Of a DNA stretch of 64,000 bases, positions 39,701-54,700 are shown piece by piece. Location: the NCBI GenBank assembly GCA_051313645.2, contig JBNRSN020000014.1:119908001-119972000 (forward strand), given 5' to 3'. Each line of letters starts with the position of its first letter. The first letter of the stretch is position 1. The position numbers and the translations under genes were made by a program. The notes under the pieces were generated by a model. The model saw nothing but the letters and a program-made list of their open reading frames with translations. It did no database searches and had not been told where the DNA came from. The stretch is from Centroscyllium fabricii (lineage: Eukaryota).

Positions 39701-42700
39701 GATGTCGGTGTTCAGGTGAGTGATATGTGCATGAGTGCAAAGGTAAGTGTGTTTGGTGTGGCTAAAGTGATTAAATGGGCAGGAAATTCGGTGTCTTGCG
39801 CCTGCCGTTAGCTCCCTAAGAGGGCGCTAATGGGGCGCAAGGCACATAGCGCCTGAACTGCAGCCTCCCACGGTATTCAGTGGGGCGCTAACGTGGGCGG
39901 TAGCCGGTAGTGCCCCACTGAATATTAAACACTGTTCGCTGCCGGGGATGACGTCATAAGTGAGTGCAGCGCCACTCTGGGCCAGCGATTGAAATTGGGT
40001 AGCGCACGCTGAGTTTTCGGTGGGGGCTGCCCGCGACAGCTTCAACCTGCCGTAACTGCAGCGGGGGAGCGCTGCTTAAAGAGGAGGGTGCAGGGCGGCC
40101 ATTTTTGTTGCTGGCCGACTGCCAGCACCTTCCCCCTATGCCGCCCCCAGCCTGCCCCGCTGCCCCCCCGCCCGCGGTGTGATGCCTCCGATCAGAGCCC
40201 GGAACTTCCCTCGAGTGCCGGGCTCCTTCGGTGTCATGCCGTCCCACAGCGGCCCAGCGGGGCTCTGGCCGAAACTGCGCTAGGCCCCTCCCCTTTAATC
40301 GGGGAGGAAGGCCTGCAGTACCACGGAGCGGCACTCTGCGCTGCATGACGCAGCAACCCACAGCGCCCAGAACTTCGGCTGTAGCGCCTAAAGAACGAGG
40401 CTGGGCGCCTGTAATAGCGCCCAACCTCCGACTATGGGCGCTACAACCAAATTTCAGCGCTAACGGCGCCAGCAGTCGCAGGCGTTAAAGCAGTGCTGCA
40501 CCGATGTTACCGCGAGAAAACGTGTGCAACCCAATTGATCCCCAAATAAGTTTTACATACCTTTTCTTACCTTTTCAGCTTTCCTTCCTTTAGGTCCCAG
40601 GAGTTCCTCATCTCACCGGCACAAAAAGCAGAAAGGCTGCGAACTGTCAAAAGTGACAGCCTGCAGCTTTCTGTGCAGGAGAGACTTCTAACTGAGTCTG
40701 TGGAGACGGACTCGGGTTAGAAGCAAGGCTGCCAGTGTTTGACAGCTTCAAACAGCTGTGAAACACTGATATTTCATCTGTCAAAATGTCTTAACAGATG
40801 AAATTTCAGTCTCTGACTTCACCTGTTGCCGGGTGGCCCTGAATTGGCCTGCTGTGCGGGCTCAACAAGGTCAATCAAGTTAAACTCGCGTGGATTGGCC
40901 GCATCTCGATGGAGGCGGGACAACAACCCCCGAAAGTTGCAATCTCACCTCCCATCCGACTTCTGAATGAAAATCACCCCCAATGTGTCCACACCTGATG
41001 TTTGACATGTACTGTACTGTAAAATCGACGGGCCTGACAGTAAATCTTAGCCCCTTTAAGCATCTGTCACTGCCTTAGCTGTGCTAATCCTAAGGACTCT
41101 TGACATTACATTATAATCAATGTGTGCAATTAGTACAAAATGGCAATAAAACCAAAAGTGCAGAACTGTTATCACCAAGGAATTATGTTGAAAGTGTCAT
41201 GGAGGCTTTCACATACACGACAAAAAAACTACTGATATTTGAGCATAGTACTTTCTGGTTTCAGCAAGGAATTACCTGATGAATTATCTGGAATTCCTCC
41301 TGTCAACCCAAGTCTCCTCACTTCAGACTCAGTATGTGAGGCCACCCAAACGAGCACTACTGTTTCATTCACTCCATCTTGAAGAGCTTGAAGGTTAAAT
41401 CCAAGCAAGTCGATCAGATTCTGGGAATTCAGTTTCTGAAACAGAAAAAAAAATTGATGAATGAGTCCAACATATTAGATTTCACACCTCATCAGGAACT
41501 TGCCCTTTATTAACTTGACAGCATGAAATCAAGGTGCAGGATGGGACTGGCAATGTTGGATTTGAACTCGTGATCAGTTTGCAGTATCTTCGATCCCTTA
41601 CTAGAAGATTCATACATTACTCAGTATAAGGTACATCTTATACATTTCAAGTCTGTTGGAGTTATATTCTAACAATAAGTGATGCTGGTCACTGCAGTAA
41701 GTGGTCCCCACTTCTTGTGTTCAGGAGCGTGTCTGGTAGTGCCCAATATATAATTACATACTTGCATAACTTGAGGGCGTAACAATAGCATCACCTTCTG
41801 CTGTCATCTAGATATTGCATCTCTCACATGCACCCTCACGTATGCTTGTCCCATCTTTCAATATGAAGACTATAAACCGCACTGCCTTGTCATGCGTTAG
41901 CAGTTCAGCCAGAAAATAAGTTATTTGACCTAAGGGCGGCACGGTGGCACAGTGGTTAGCACTGTTGTCTCACAGCACTGGAGACCCGGGTTCAAATCCA
42001 GCCTCGGGTACTATCTGTGTGGAGTTTGCACATTCTCCCCGTGTCTGCGTGGGTTTCCTCCGGGTGCTCCGGTTTCCTCCCACAGTCCAAAGATGTGCGT
42101 GTTAGGTTGATTGGCCAGGATAAACTGACCCTTAGTGTTATGGCGATTGAATATGTGGGGTTACGGGGATAGGGTGGGATATGTGTCAGTGCAGGCTCGA
42201 TAGGGATCGAGGGGTATGGGGATAGGGCAGGGGTGGGCTGCTGGGTTTGGATGATCAGCCATGATCTCATTGAATGGCGGATTGGGCTCAAAGGGCCGAG
42301 TGGCTTCCTCCTGCTCCTGGGTTCTATGTTTCTCACAATTTACAATATTATTTGAACCACATGCCCAGTGTCCACTGTATTCTTTTGCTGAGATGTCTAT
42401 TATTTAGAATTCTAAAGAGTGCAGCATTTACTGTGGGTTTTACAGCCTTTCCATTCATTATAGTTTCAATCATATAACACCAGACACAATTACTTCCTCT
42501 ACATTTATATTACTGAAGGGCAATTCTACAATGACATGCGATCAATCAACAGCACGGTTTCAGGGTCGATGGGCTGAGAATGAGATGTGAGATAAAGAAA
42601 CTGGAATCACAGCCATACTAATATAAGCAGAAGATCATAATCATACTGTACATACCTTTACTTCTTCAGGATCCAAACCCTTGAAGGTTGCAAAGTCCAT

Positions 42701-45700
42701 GTTAACCCTATTATTTGCAAGATACTTCAGATCATCAGCTGAGGCTCCACCTGAAGAAAACAGAGACATTTGTTACTTGCCCTCTACAGTATAACAAGTT
42801 ATACACCTTGGCGATGACCTTTGAGGGTAAGGCGAGTGCGGAAATATGTATTCCTGCCAGAGGGGAAGGAGGCCTAATAAATAGGGAGGCGGCCTTGGAC
42901 GATTTCTTGGTATATTGCCCCAATAACTTCTTGAAACGAATTTTCAAAGGGGAAGCATCTGTTGGCACTCTTCATGTTCAAGTAGCAGTTTGGGAGAATT
43001 CCTGAGCACCCCACCCTAAGGCGCACTGATCCCACGCTTGGTGGGAGCAGACTTGCGTTCCGTACTGGGCCTTCCACAGTCCCCAATTGCAGAACTGAGA
43101 TAATTGATGCAAGAATGCATCTAGTTTCCCCATTGGAGTGGCAGAGAGCTGCTTGGATTTTCCGTTGAGCAATTGGGACAGGGACCTCTATAGTCCCCCT
43201 GCAGGCATAGATAGGCTCCCCCAAATATTAAGAGAATTTGGGACTGGTTCAACTTCCTTTTCAGACAGGAGTCCTGCTTCAACGCACTTCTAGTGGTGGC
43301 GTGTGGTTCCTGGAATTCCAGCTCTATCAACTTCAAGGAGAAACAAAAATTCCAGTGAAATCATTCTTCTGCCATTGTTGCTTTTCCAACAGCACTCATC
43401 ATTATGTAATACAATGGAGTTTTAATTGCTGATTTCTGCTAATTTTATCAAATTGTAACAAAATTGGGTCAGCGATAGATTTTAAATATAGCGAATTCAT
43501 CAAAAATGAACAGACATGAAATGAACGGAGTCAGCTGTTGCAGCTGGTTAAACTGCAGCAATATTTTTGCACACACTTGAGGGTCCTTAAGCCTTTGCCA
43601 ATCTGAGCCTCTGAATTAGGTAAGTAGAGTGTGTGAATTCCAGAGCAGACAGGCAGAGACTCTGCCTGTGAGCACCTCAGGAGCTTAGATTGAAGACACA
43701 AATATGAAGATGGTTTCCTTGTGAGTCAGACACCTGGCTGAGCAAAAAAAATAAGCCTAATTTTACTCACCAACATACACCTTTATCAGGTGAAAGTAGG
43801 GGATCGGGTTACTTTGCTGAGAGCTCAGTGCAGAGAGCGCCTGACTGTAAAGCAAGTTTTTCTTCGACTGTGTGCACACAGAAAGATCCAGAGCTCCTGC
43901 ATCTCTGTGGGAGAAAGGTTGCAATGTTAATTTTGTTTTGCATTTCTGCAACTGCACCAGGTAAGGGCCTTGTCGCTGCACTTTTCAGCCCAAAGAGATT
44001 TACCCAATATTTTGGCAATATGTGGTAGAGTGTCCAATAGAATGTGCGACGTATCCAAGTTTGCCGTCGATACTAAGATGGGAGGGAAAGCAGTGAGTGA
44101 GGAGGACATAAAAAACCTGCAAAGGGACATAGACAGGCTAGGTGAATGGGCAAAGATTTGATAGATGGAATATAATGTTGGAAAGTGTGAGGTTATTCAC
44201 TTTGGCAAAAAAAATCAAAGAGCAAATTATTATCTAAATGGAGAGAAACTTCAAAGTGCTAAAGTACAAAGGGATCTGGGAGTCATGGTGCATGAAACAC
44301 AGAATGTTAGTGTACAGGGACAGCAGGTAATCAGGAAGGCCAATAGAATCTTGGCCTTTATTGCAAGGAGGGTGGAGTTTAAAAACAGGGAAGTCCTGCT
44401 GCAGTTATACACGGTATTGGTGTGGTCACATCTGGAATACTGTGTGCAGTGTTGGTTTCCATATTTGAGAAAGGATATACTTGCTCTCGAGGCAGTTCAG
44501 AGAAGATTCACTCGGTTGATTCCGGAGATGAGGGGGTTGACTTATGAGGAAAGGTTGAGTAGTTTGGGCCTCTACTCATTGGAGTTCAGAAGAGTGAGAG
44601 GCGATCTTATCGAAACATTGTGAAGGGGCTTGATCGGGTGGATGCGGTGAGGATGTTTCCACTGATGGGTGAGACTAGAACTAGGGGGCATAATCTAAGA
44701 ATAAGGGGCTGCCCCCTTTCAAAACTGAGATGAGAAGAAACTTCTTCACTCAGAGCGTGGTGGGTCTGTGGAATTTGCTGCCCCAGAGAGCTGTGGAAGC
44801 TACTACTTTGAATAAGTTTAAAACCGAGATAGACAGTTTCTTGGAAGTAAAGGGAATTAGGGGTTACGGTGAGTGGGCAAGTAAGTGGACGTGAGGCTTG
44901 GTTCAGATCGACCATGTGATCTCTTGGACAAGTTTCGATCGCCTAGATGGGTCGGAGAGAAATTTTCCAGATTTTTTCTCCCAAATTGGCCACTGGGTTT
45001 TTCTCAGGTTTTTCACCTCTCCCGGAAGATCGCTTGGGTTAGGGCGGGATGGAGAGTGAAAGTAGATTTGAGGTTAAGATCAGATCAGCCATGATCTTGT
45101 TGAATGGCGAAGCAGGCTTGAAGGGCCGATTGGCCTACTCCTGTTCCTATTTCTTATGTTCTTATGCCAAACTCTCAATCACATCTCCCAGCGTAATTCG
45201 AACTTTTACTGACAATGGGGCAGAAATTCCGATGACCGCGGGGCCGCAGTGCGTGAGTAGGGAGTGGGTACACACGCGTACGGCCCTGGAATTGTAGGTA
45301 GACGCCATTTCCCTGGGATACCTGCAATTCTGAAGAAGACCAGCAGGGGGTCGGGAGCTGAATCGCATTGGCCTGCGCACCAGGAGGTGCGCAGTGCACG
45401 TCCGATTTGTTTCAGAGTTTTTGATCGGGGTAAGTATTGAAGATTTTACACCTCAAAATATCAGCCGTAGCGACCCCTTTTTAGCAGGTAAGTCTTTATT
45501 TTATAAAATTTAAGTATTTTTTTAACAGGTTTTAAAAAAAAATTAACTTTAAAGACAGGTATGTACTTTTTTAGGGCAGTTAAAAACTTTTTTTTAAATG
45601 TCAAAATTTTTATTTTTTGTTTAAAATAGGTAATTAATTTTAGTTATAGTAATGTTAAAAAAGTGATGTTTAAAAATTTTTTATTTTACTGTTTAATGTG

Positions 45701-48700
45701 TTTTTGAGGCTCTTCCTTTTCATAACTTACACAGATCTCTCTGTTAAAGTTATGAATGGAGGATTCCTTCCATTCATTGGCTCCCCGCGGACCACATGGT
45801 CCCACGCGAGCTCTCGAACTAACTCCGTCGCTGAGTTGCCTCAGCACGGCGCCTGTGGCCTGGAGCAGCACTACAAATCGGAATTTCAAATCCCAGAATT
45901 GGAGAACGGCAGGAGCGCAGGGTAAGTGGACTTCGGAGGCTTGCACACGCAGGAAGCCTCCGAGGCTAATTTTTGGGCCACTATCAATTCAGTGACTCAT
46001 GTTTGAAAGGGCATGTGTATTCACTGGGAGACTTTAGCAGAGGGCAGGATTGGCTTCTGCTGTGATGCTTTCCATAGAGAAATAGCCTGCTCACGTGGCT
46101 CACACTCAACGAATAGTTGTTTGGACTGGGTACAGGCCTGTGGCAAATGTACACCAGAAATGTTCAATGTTCAAAATTCAGAAGTGATTGAACCGGTGAG
46201 AGCATTCTGTCAGCTGTGAAGTTGTTCAACAAGGTGTCTCCTCATCACTGTTTGCTTCACAATTGCACTGCACTATGTCGCTTCATAGACTAACTTTGGT
46301 TCTGATGTAAATGGTCACAATTCACTCGTCAGGAAACTTGCAATGAAAAGATGCGACACTTACGTCAAGTTTGAAATTGCCATCAGCTGACTTTCATCCA
46401 GAGTACACAAGTTGGCTCCACCAATAGCTTTCAATGAAACTGCGTTTAGAATACCATCTAATTGGAGGTATCTTGTAATGATGGATTTAACCTGCAGAAG
46501 GAATTTTAAAAATTGTTCATACCTCACTGTTACATAGAAGGACGTGTAATTTAAGATGCTGCTTTATTTGATGCTCGTTTTCCACAAATTTATAACGACG
46601 CAATATTTGCATAAAATTCCAATAATTGTACTATTCTCCTTTTGGAAAATATCCATCAATATATTTTTTAATTGCACCTCATATTATTTATCAAATTTCC
46701 ACTGTACCATTGCCCATTCCCAGCAATTACACACTGTACCCAACTTCCTGCAGCTGTTTCAAAGCACTGGCCCAAGGTGGTTCCGGTTTCAAGGAAAGAC
46801 AAAGGGGGCAAAATGGAATCGCGCCCATTTTTGGTGCGCTAACTTCGCTGGGGCGCTACTTTTAGCACCCCGGAAAAATTAGCACTCCTGCAGCCAAAAT
46901 TGAGTGGTAGCGCCCCAAGAGGGAAGCGGGGTGCCGCGGTATTGCAGGCCTTCCTCTCCTTCTTAAAGGAGAAGGGCCATGCATAGAGCGACACCGAGCC
47001 CAGTTGGGTCACCGGGGTTCGGAGTGCTGGGCTCATGGAGCGCAGCTGGCACTCCGCGGGGGGGCGGGTCAGGATGCCGCAGACGGTTGCGCAGGCAAGT
47101 GCTTGCAGGCGGCCTGCAACAAAAATGGCAGCCCCGCATCTCGCTTTTAAATAGCGCTGCCCGGCTGCAGGTAGGCCCACCTGACCCCGTCGGACATAGC
47201 GTCCGGCAGTAAGACACAGGGGGCGATACCGAAGATCGTGGAAGGGGCGCTGCGCACAGTGATGACGTCATCGCCAGTGGCACAGCGCAGCGGGGCGCTA
47301 ATAGTTACCGCCGCTGTTAACCTCCAGCTGAATTTCGCGGGAGGAGTTGGTGGCGACATGCCCGGGCGCGAGTTGCTTTGCGGCCCATTAACGCCCTAAC
47401 CGTTGGCGCCCTCTTAGGGCGTTAACGGGAGGCACAAAGGAACCGAATTTTTCCCGCTGAAGGTCTTAAACTTCAGAGAGCAAATTCCACATTTCACTCA
47501 TGATCAAGTCACATGTCTGCAGATACCAATATTTTCACATTAATATTCTCCTGGTTTCTGTACCGTTGTGATTTCCAACTGCGGCATCATTAATGCGGAA
47601 AGTGTCACAACTTGCGTGATATTCCAGCTGCTGACTTCTGTCGCATTAAACACTGTGGCTATCCTCCCCAGCAGTTGAATCTGGCTTTCTGGTAGCCCAT
47701 TGGGATAAATCTGTTTCAGGAAAACCAAAACAATAAAATTCAGTCAATTTGTTAGGAGTGATCAGCAGTATTCAAATCCAGCTTCAAATTCCTTTTTGGA
47801 TCTAGAATATTTAGCAACAGCTTATTTCCAGATCTGTTCATTAACCCTTGACCTTACTGGCTGGAATCTTTACCTTAGAGTCAGGGCGGGAGCGTGCAAA
47901 CGGCACAGCGGGTCGCCCTCCCGAAGTTTTCAACAGCGTGTTCTGCACTGAGCGTTTAACTCAATTACATCAATTGAAACAATCACGTGGGTTTCCTCGG
48001 CCAATTAAATGGAGAGCGTCTGATGACGTAACCGATGACTTGCTTTCAGCTCAGGTATTTAATGGAGTCTTGCACACATCCCAATTGAAGGTTGTTGGAG
48101 GAGGCTTACAGGTGGTTGGGAGTGGTGGCTATTGGTCTATATTGAAGAGATGTGTGTGGGTGCAAGCAAAGATGGAGCCACAGCGATAGAAGGGTGCGCC
48201 CAAGAGAGAACCGGAGGTGGCCCGCCAATATATACTAATTTGACGACTGCAGAGGAGGCCCTCGAAATAAGTGGCGTGACAGAGCTGCTGGTGGTGGGAG
48301 ACGGAGAGAGGGGGACCTCCCAGCAACCTGCTAACAGAATTAAATATCCCGCATGACATACAACAGTCACTCATGGTGACTAATGTCAGCAGACAGTGAA
48401 ATATCATCATGTGCATACTGGTAATGTTACACATTCTTATCATAAGTGTTTTATTCATGACTTTACTCTCCCACAGGTTCATCAAGAGCACCCACCCCCA
48501 CTGTCCAACCGGAGGAGGAAGACGACTCTTCAGAGGAAGCTCCATTCTCGGAGGATGCACAGTCACCAGACCCATGTGCACTCAGCAGCAGCGCAGATCT
48601 ATACACATCAGTGGGTCCAGCAGGACATGGAGCAGTGCTGTCACCTGGTGTCTCATACATCTCAAGTGAGCAAGAGCAGATGGTGGAGACAGGGAGAGGA

Positions 48701-51700
48701 GTGGAGACTCCTCGCTGGAGGGCGCATCACGCTCCAACCTCTGCTCAGCTGGATGCAGATGCTGAACCTCGGGGGCTTTTCCAGCCACAATCGGTGCGAT
48801 TGTAGAGAATGGAGAAATCCATCTCTAACATGAGCACCACCATATCACAGGTGATGGCAACAAAGTGCTGTTCCATGGAAAGGATGGCCTCCTGCATGGA
48901 GCAGCTCAGGTGCCAGTCGAATGTGAACAACAGATTGCAGTCTCTCACTGACTTCATCTTTAGGAGGGATACCAACATAGACTTAGACCTTCATTGCCCC
49001 ACTGCGATGTCCAGTTCCATGCAAGCAGGGAAGTGTAGGTGGCCCATGAGAGGGATGATGTTGAGAGGGGATGTGGAATTGGGGGCTCTGCGCAAAGTGC
49101 TCCCACTTCTCCACCACTGACTCCCCCTCAGGCAGAGCCCCACATGCTGCTTTGGATCCCGATGGCTGAGTCTGCCCTTGCACAGGTGCAGGAGGAGCAG
49201 TCTTTGCCGGGTGCCCTCACAGGCCCTAAAACCCAGAGGACATCCATCAAAAGTGTCGAAGCAGTCACAGCAGAGAAGTAGCAGCCTGCCTCTACCTATT
49301 CCCTGGCTGTGGCAGGAAAAGAGCAGCCAGAGAAACCAAGAGGGCATAGCTGGAGGGTGTCTTCCGAAGTTGCTGAAGCCACAGGGGTTGCACCTCGTAG
49401 AAGCACTCGGAAAAGAAAAAAGACACAATCGTAGATGCACATGCGTGTTTGACAAAATGTTGGTGGTTAAGTTTCACTTCTATTTATGATGCACATAAAT
49501 TTATTTATTTGCACTACTTTCCCATCTTGTCCATTTTTGCCTGCTACCTGGGAAGTGGCTGGGTTACCTGAAGTGAATGATGAGACATTACTTAACCTTG
49601 AGCAATGAGGATATGGTTGACATGAATGGTTTGGTCCTTTTAGGACTGCTTTGTGGTGTTGGTGGGCGGCAGGGGGAGAGAAGTTGGTACAGAATCTGGG
49701 AGTCAGATGGTGCACTGGTACAACTTAAGTAAATCGGGCCATTATGAGGCCATCTCCACTTCCGGTTCCTTCTCCTCCACCTCGCGTTCCAACTGTTCCT
49801 CCTCCTTCGAAGAGGCTGTTCTCTCTGCGCCTTGCTCCTCCTGCAGCGAGCATTTAGGTGGTGGAAGACTTCCGGTTCACAAACACTCCTGGGTGATGTG
49901 CGGTTGCCTTGCTAGCCACATATGAGCAGCCAGAGCCGCAACACCGAGCACCCGCTCAGTAACACTAGCTTCATCAGTGACGACATTTACATACGTGGCT
50001 TACGTGTGAAACATGGCATCGGTCACCTGGGTGATGCATTTGTGGGTGGCCGTCTGAGAGATCCTGCAAATGTCTGCTGCAGATCCTGGAAAAAGCCTGA
50101 GGCGAAGAAGTTGAGGGTGGTGGTGACTTTGACAATCACTGGTAAGGCATGTTCACCAGGCCCTCTGGGCAGCAGGTCATCTTCCAGCAAGTTACAAATG
50201 TCTGCAACGACCTGGCATGATAGCCTGAGCCTCCTGAAGCACTGCCGTTCAATCATGTCCAGGATGCTCATCTTCTGTCTGTATACCCTGCGTTGAGGGT
50301 ATAGCCTTCGGCGCGGTGCACCCCTGTGCTGATCCCCTCTTTCATGTGGAGCATCAGGTCGATGAAGAGAAGGCTGCTGGTGTCGTTGCCGTTGGGGCTC
50401 ATTTTGGTCCAAATCCGAGTTCCAAGGTGAGACTGCATAACTGGCACCCATGCAGATCTGATAGATGCCAGGTAAAGTGGAGATCAGAATTCTCCAATGA
50501 AGTGAGAGTGACTTGTAATGTGGGGAGGGTGTCTTCCGAAGTTGCAGAAATCACCTGCAAACTCCTGAAAGCAAAATCTCTGCACAAAATCGTGTCATCA
50601 AGTGGGAGTAAGTCAATGATTGGTCCAGTGAGGATCCTTAGGTTTTGAATGATTGTAAGGGAACAAGAAGGCAGTCCCGACAGCCACAAAGGGTGGAAGA
50701 TTTCAGGAAGAATCCAGGGGACACCAGAGAGACAAGTGACAAAAGGCACAGGGTGCGGCCGAGTTACAGTCATGACTTTGACCCAGAGCATAACGGGGTA
50801 ATGTAAGTCTCAATTATACTCTGTAAACTGCTCTAATACTAAGGTATAAAGCCTTGCTTGTGTTGAATAAAGTTAAATCACTGTCACCGATACGGGTCAA
50901 CTTCGAACCTTTTGCAATCAGTGTGCCTCTGGGTCACTTATCTCATAGCTATTTCTGATACCTTCCTTTGTGCAAAGTGGTTGTCACATTCCTCTCTATT
51001 ATAACATCACGGCAATTTAAAAATTGCTTCATTTCCTGTGAAGCACTGTGGGATGGCCTGAGGCAGTGAAAGGCACTATATAAATGCAAGTACAAAAGCA
51101 AAATATCGCAGATGCTGGAAATCTGAAATAAAAATGGAAAATGTTGTAAATACACAGCAGGTCAGGCAGGATCATTGGAGAGACAAAAAGAGTTAATGGT
51201 TCAGGTGGATGACCTTTTGACGAACCCGACCTGCTGAGTATTTGCTGCATTTTCTGTTTTTAGATAAATGCTAATTTCTTCTTTCTCTCTTTTCATACCT
51301 GTAATAGTCTCTTTTTCAGAACTTCCAGCTGAGTAGAATCAAAGGCAAGAGATCCCAGTTGGAGGACATTGTTTTTCAGCACAAGTTTACTCAAACAGAG
51401 ATCTAACTGGGCGGCATCATAGATTGCAGGTGTCAGGTCATTAATGGCTTCTGCTGCTATCGGTCCCTCTGTACAGACTGGAAACAAAACCTTCTATTAG
51501 TTATAATACTTCAGTTTGCTGGTAAACATGCTCTCAAAATATCAAAAATGACCATTTAATCAAAGCCATTCCTGGATTACTGAATTGCCGGTGAAAGGTA
51601 ACACTGGTGAAATTATAGATCTGCAATTGAAAAAGAATATTTTAGCATCACTTTGCTATTTTCAGCATAGTGACCTTACTCTGTCACCCGCAGAACAATG

Positions 51701-54700
51701 GACACTCAACACAAAGCTATATGGGTTGCGGGACAAGTAAGCAAACTGCACGTGTCCATCAAGATCCTCTTGTTCCATTGATGCTCATGAACAATGTTCC
51801 CGCTAAGGTGCCCGTGCACACGGCCGCACAGTAATCTGAAAGGTTATATTGTAAATACCGCACATGCACACAAACTTCAAGGGACTCCGCATTAAAAGAA
51901 GAAGGCCGCGCAAAACAAAGCGCAGATTCCAGGGAACATTGCTCATGAACTGAGGCTGCATCATATTCATAAATGAAGGACAGTCCTGTCCTTTCACTGA
52001 TGACTTATGCTCTACATACATAATGGTGCTTCTCCTGCAGCATCCTGGAACTCCCTCGCTAACATGCACTGCGGGAGTACCTTCACCACACAGGCTGCAG
52101 CAGTTCAAGAAGAAGGTTCACCTTCTCAGGGGCAACTAGCGAGGAGCAATAAATGCTGGGCTTGGCAGCGACGCCCACATCCCAAGAATGAATATAGAAT
52201 AATATGAATTACATACTTGCTGTATTGTTTGATCTTCCTCGTAAATTGAGCTGATTTATGAATAACAGCAGGTCACTTGGGGGTTGCAATCTTTTTGCTT
52301 TTTTAATAAATCTTGGGAGAGCTTCATTAAGGACAACCTGCATGGGACAAAATGAGAAAAGCTGAAGAATGTCACAGAAAGAATATCTGATTTCATACAG
52401 TTCCTGATTTGCCTGCGGTAACATTTGCAAGAAAACATATTTCACCAACGAAAACATTTGCTGGAAAACATTAGTGCTAGTGCTATACTGGAAAGAATGG
52501 TGCTTGCAGGACAAAGGGACGATTGCCATGCAATTCACAAGCCCACCCTCCAACATCTAATTCAATGGAAGCCTCCAGTGCTAAGCATGTTTGAAAAAGA
52601 ACACAACCACATGTAAAAGGAGCTCTGCGTAGAGTTCTCAATGAGCCTCACCAGATTCTAAGAAATCTACAATGATTTAGAAACCAACACATTTTCAGAT
52701 TCAATTTTGGGCCTCCAAATATAGGGTTCAACAAAACCACCACAACCATATTATAGGTCAGTGACAAACTGCCCAATATCATCGTCCACGTTAATGAAGT
52801 TACCATGCATGTCATTGTGATTTCAAACTGGAACTCATTTTTATGTGGATGCAAATGTTTTGATCAAATAAAAAGTGAAAACATATCTTCATCACGTGGG
52901 ATTTGGGTCACTTAGTGTTTCTCAAGAACAGGTTTTAACTGAAGAGTGTATTATAGTCCAACCAAGATTTTCAGTGGGGTTATTGTCTCACAAATTTAGC
53001 TATCTGAATCAATTTTAAACCAAGTAAAGCATACCCTGTTTACTTGGGTCCATGTTTCGGTCAAAGCCAACGGAAGATTTCCTAGATCGCGTATTGTAGA
53101 TGACGACCAAGATGAAGGAACACTACAGAAAAAGAAGACGCTCTGAGTTAAGAATACATTCCTATAACTGCCACCTTAAAAATACAACTGATAAGTACCG
53201 TCTGTGTTTCAACAGCAAATAATCTGCAACGGATATCCTCTAAAAATTCATGCTCCAGCTTTTCTGAATTACACTGAGCAATTTTAAAATCCCATGCCTA
53301 ACACCCAAAAGTCACCGTACTTTCAAAATCATTCCCATGAAAATATACACAGAATTTTCCAACTGAGATGTGGAGGAAGGAAAAACTTGAAAATTAAGAA
53401 CCCTTTTCTCACACACTTACAACTACCTTTCTTCTGGCCACAGGCTGCTAGAGCAGTCAGTAGAGTGCTTAGGAATATGGTAATTGCAAAACAAAAAAAG
53501 ACCAAGGTTCATCTTGTTCACCTTCTACCATCCTGCAAGTTGCAAGATACAATGATATGGAGTTGTTGACTAATCATGGCGATCAATCTCTATCAATTAG
53601 TCTGCAACAAATCCAGACATCAGGTGAGGAAAGCCCCAGTGGTGGAAAGCTTTGGGAACCATAGGTCCACAGTTACTTGTTCTCCCAAGCATGCACGCAC
53701 CTCTCCTTGCTCGACCAAGGCGGATTTCAGGCCCAAGTCTGCTGTTATTTCAATTCACTTGCTTCTACTACGGTATACATGGGGATTGTTGTGTAGACAG
53801 TATCCACATTCCCCTTAGAAAGTTCACAGTATTACACGAAGCAATGAAGCATGAAAATAAGAGACTCTGGTGTCATCTGTAAGGAAATACGTGAACATTT
53901 CACACTCACCCGTATTTGCTGGCTCCACTCTGAAGGAGAACTTCAATTGCTCTCTTCTGATCCTCTCTGTAGGAAATGCAATTCTTTAATGCATCCAAAA
54001 TGGAAATATCAGATTCGGTGATAATGGATCCCTCGAGGTCACAGACCAAAACACCCAGTACGGTCACACTTTCCTTCGTCAGATTTCTGCCAGAAATTCG
54101 CTGAATTTTGGCAAAATGATCAACATTAATTCAGCAGTACAATAATTCTTTGCACACAAATGAAACTCAGTTCATCTTTACCATTTGAAGACGACAACAG
54201 TGGCATGAAATAACAGTGTCAAAATTCATCAATATTATCAAGAAAATGAGAAATATTCATTTGGCCATGGACTTCATTTTAAACTCAGATTACAGCTTCA
54301 GCTGAATGGATCCCAAAATATTTTGCCACTGATCAACAGTGCAACATTCAGTCCATTTCACCACTTTAACTGGGCAATTCAGATACAAAACTTTCTACTC
54401 TAACCTAGTATAATGGGAGTGAAGCGTAAGTAAGGAAAGTGTTTGTAATCCCCAGAAATCTTTGGAAGTGCAGTCAATGTTGTTTTGTAGGCAAAATTTG
54501 AAGCCAATTTACACACAGCCAGGTCACACAAACAGGCAGAAAGGCCTCATGTGAAAGACAGCACATCCCACAATACAGCACTAACTGTCTGTACAGATTA
54601 TGTGTTCATGTACTGAAGTGGGACTTTAACTGACAACTTTCTGATACACAGCTAAGAGTGTTACCGTTCAGCCAAACAAACAATGTTGTGGTTGGCAGGT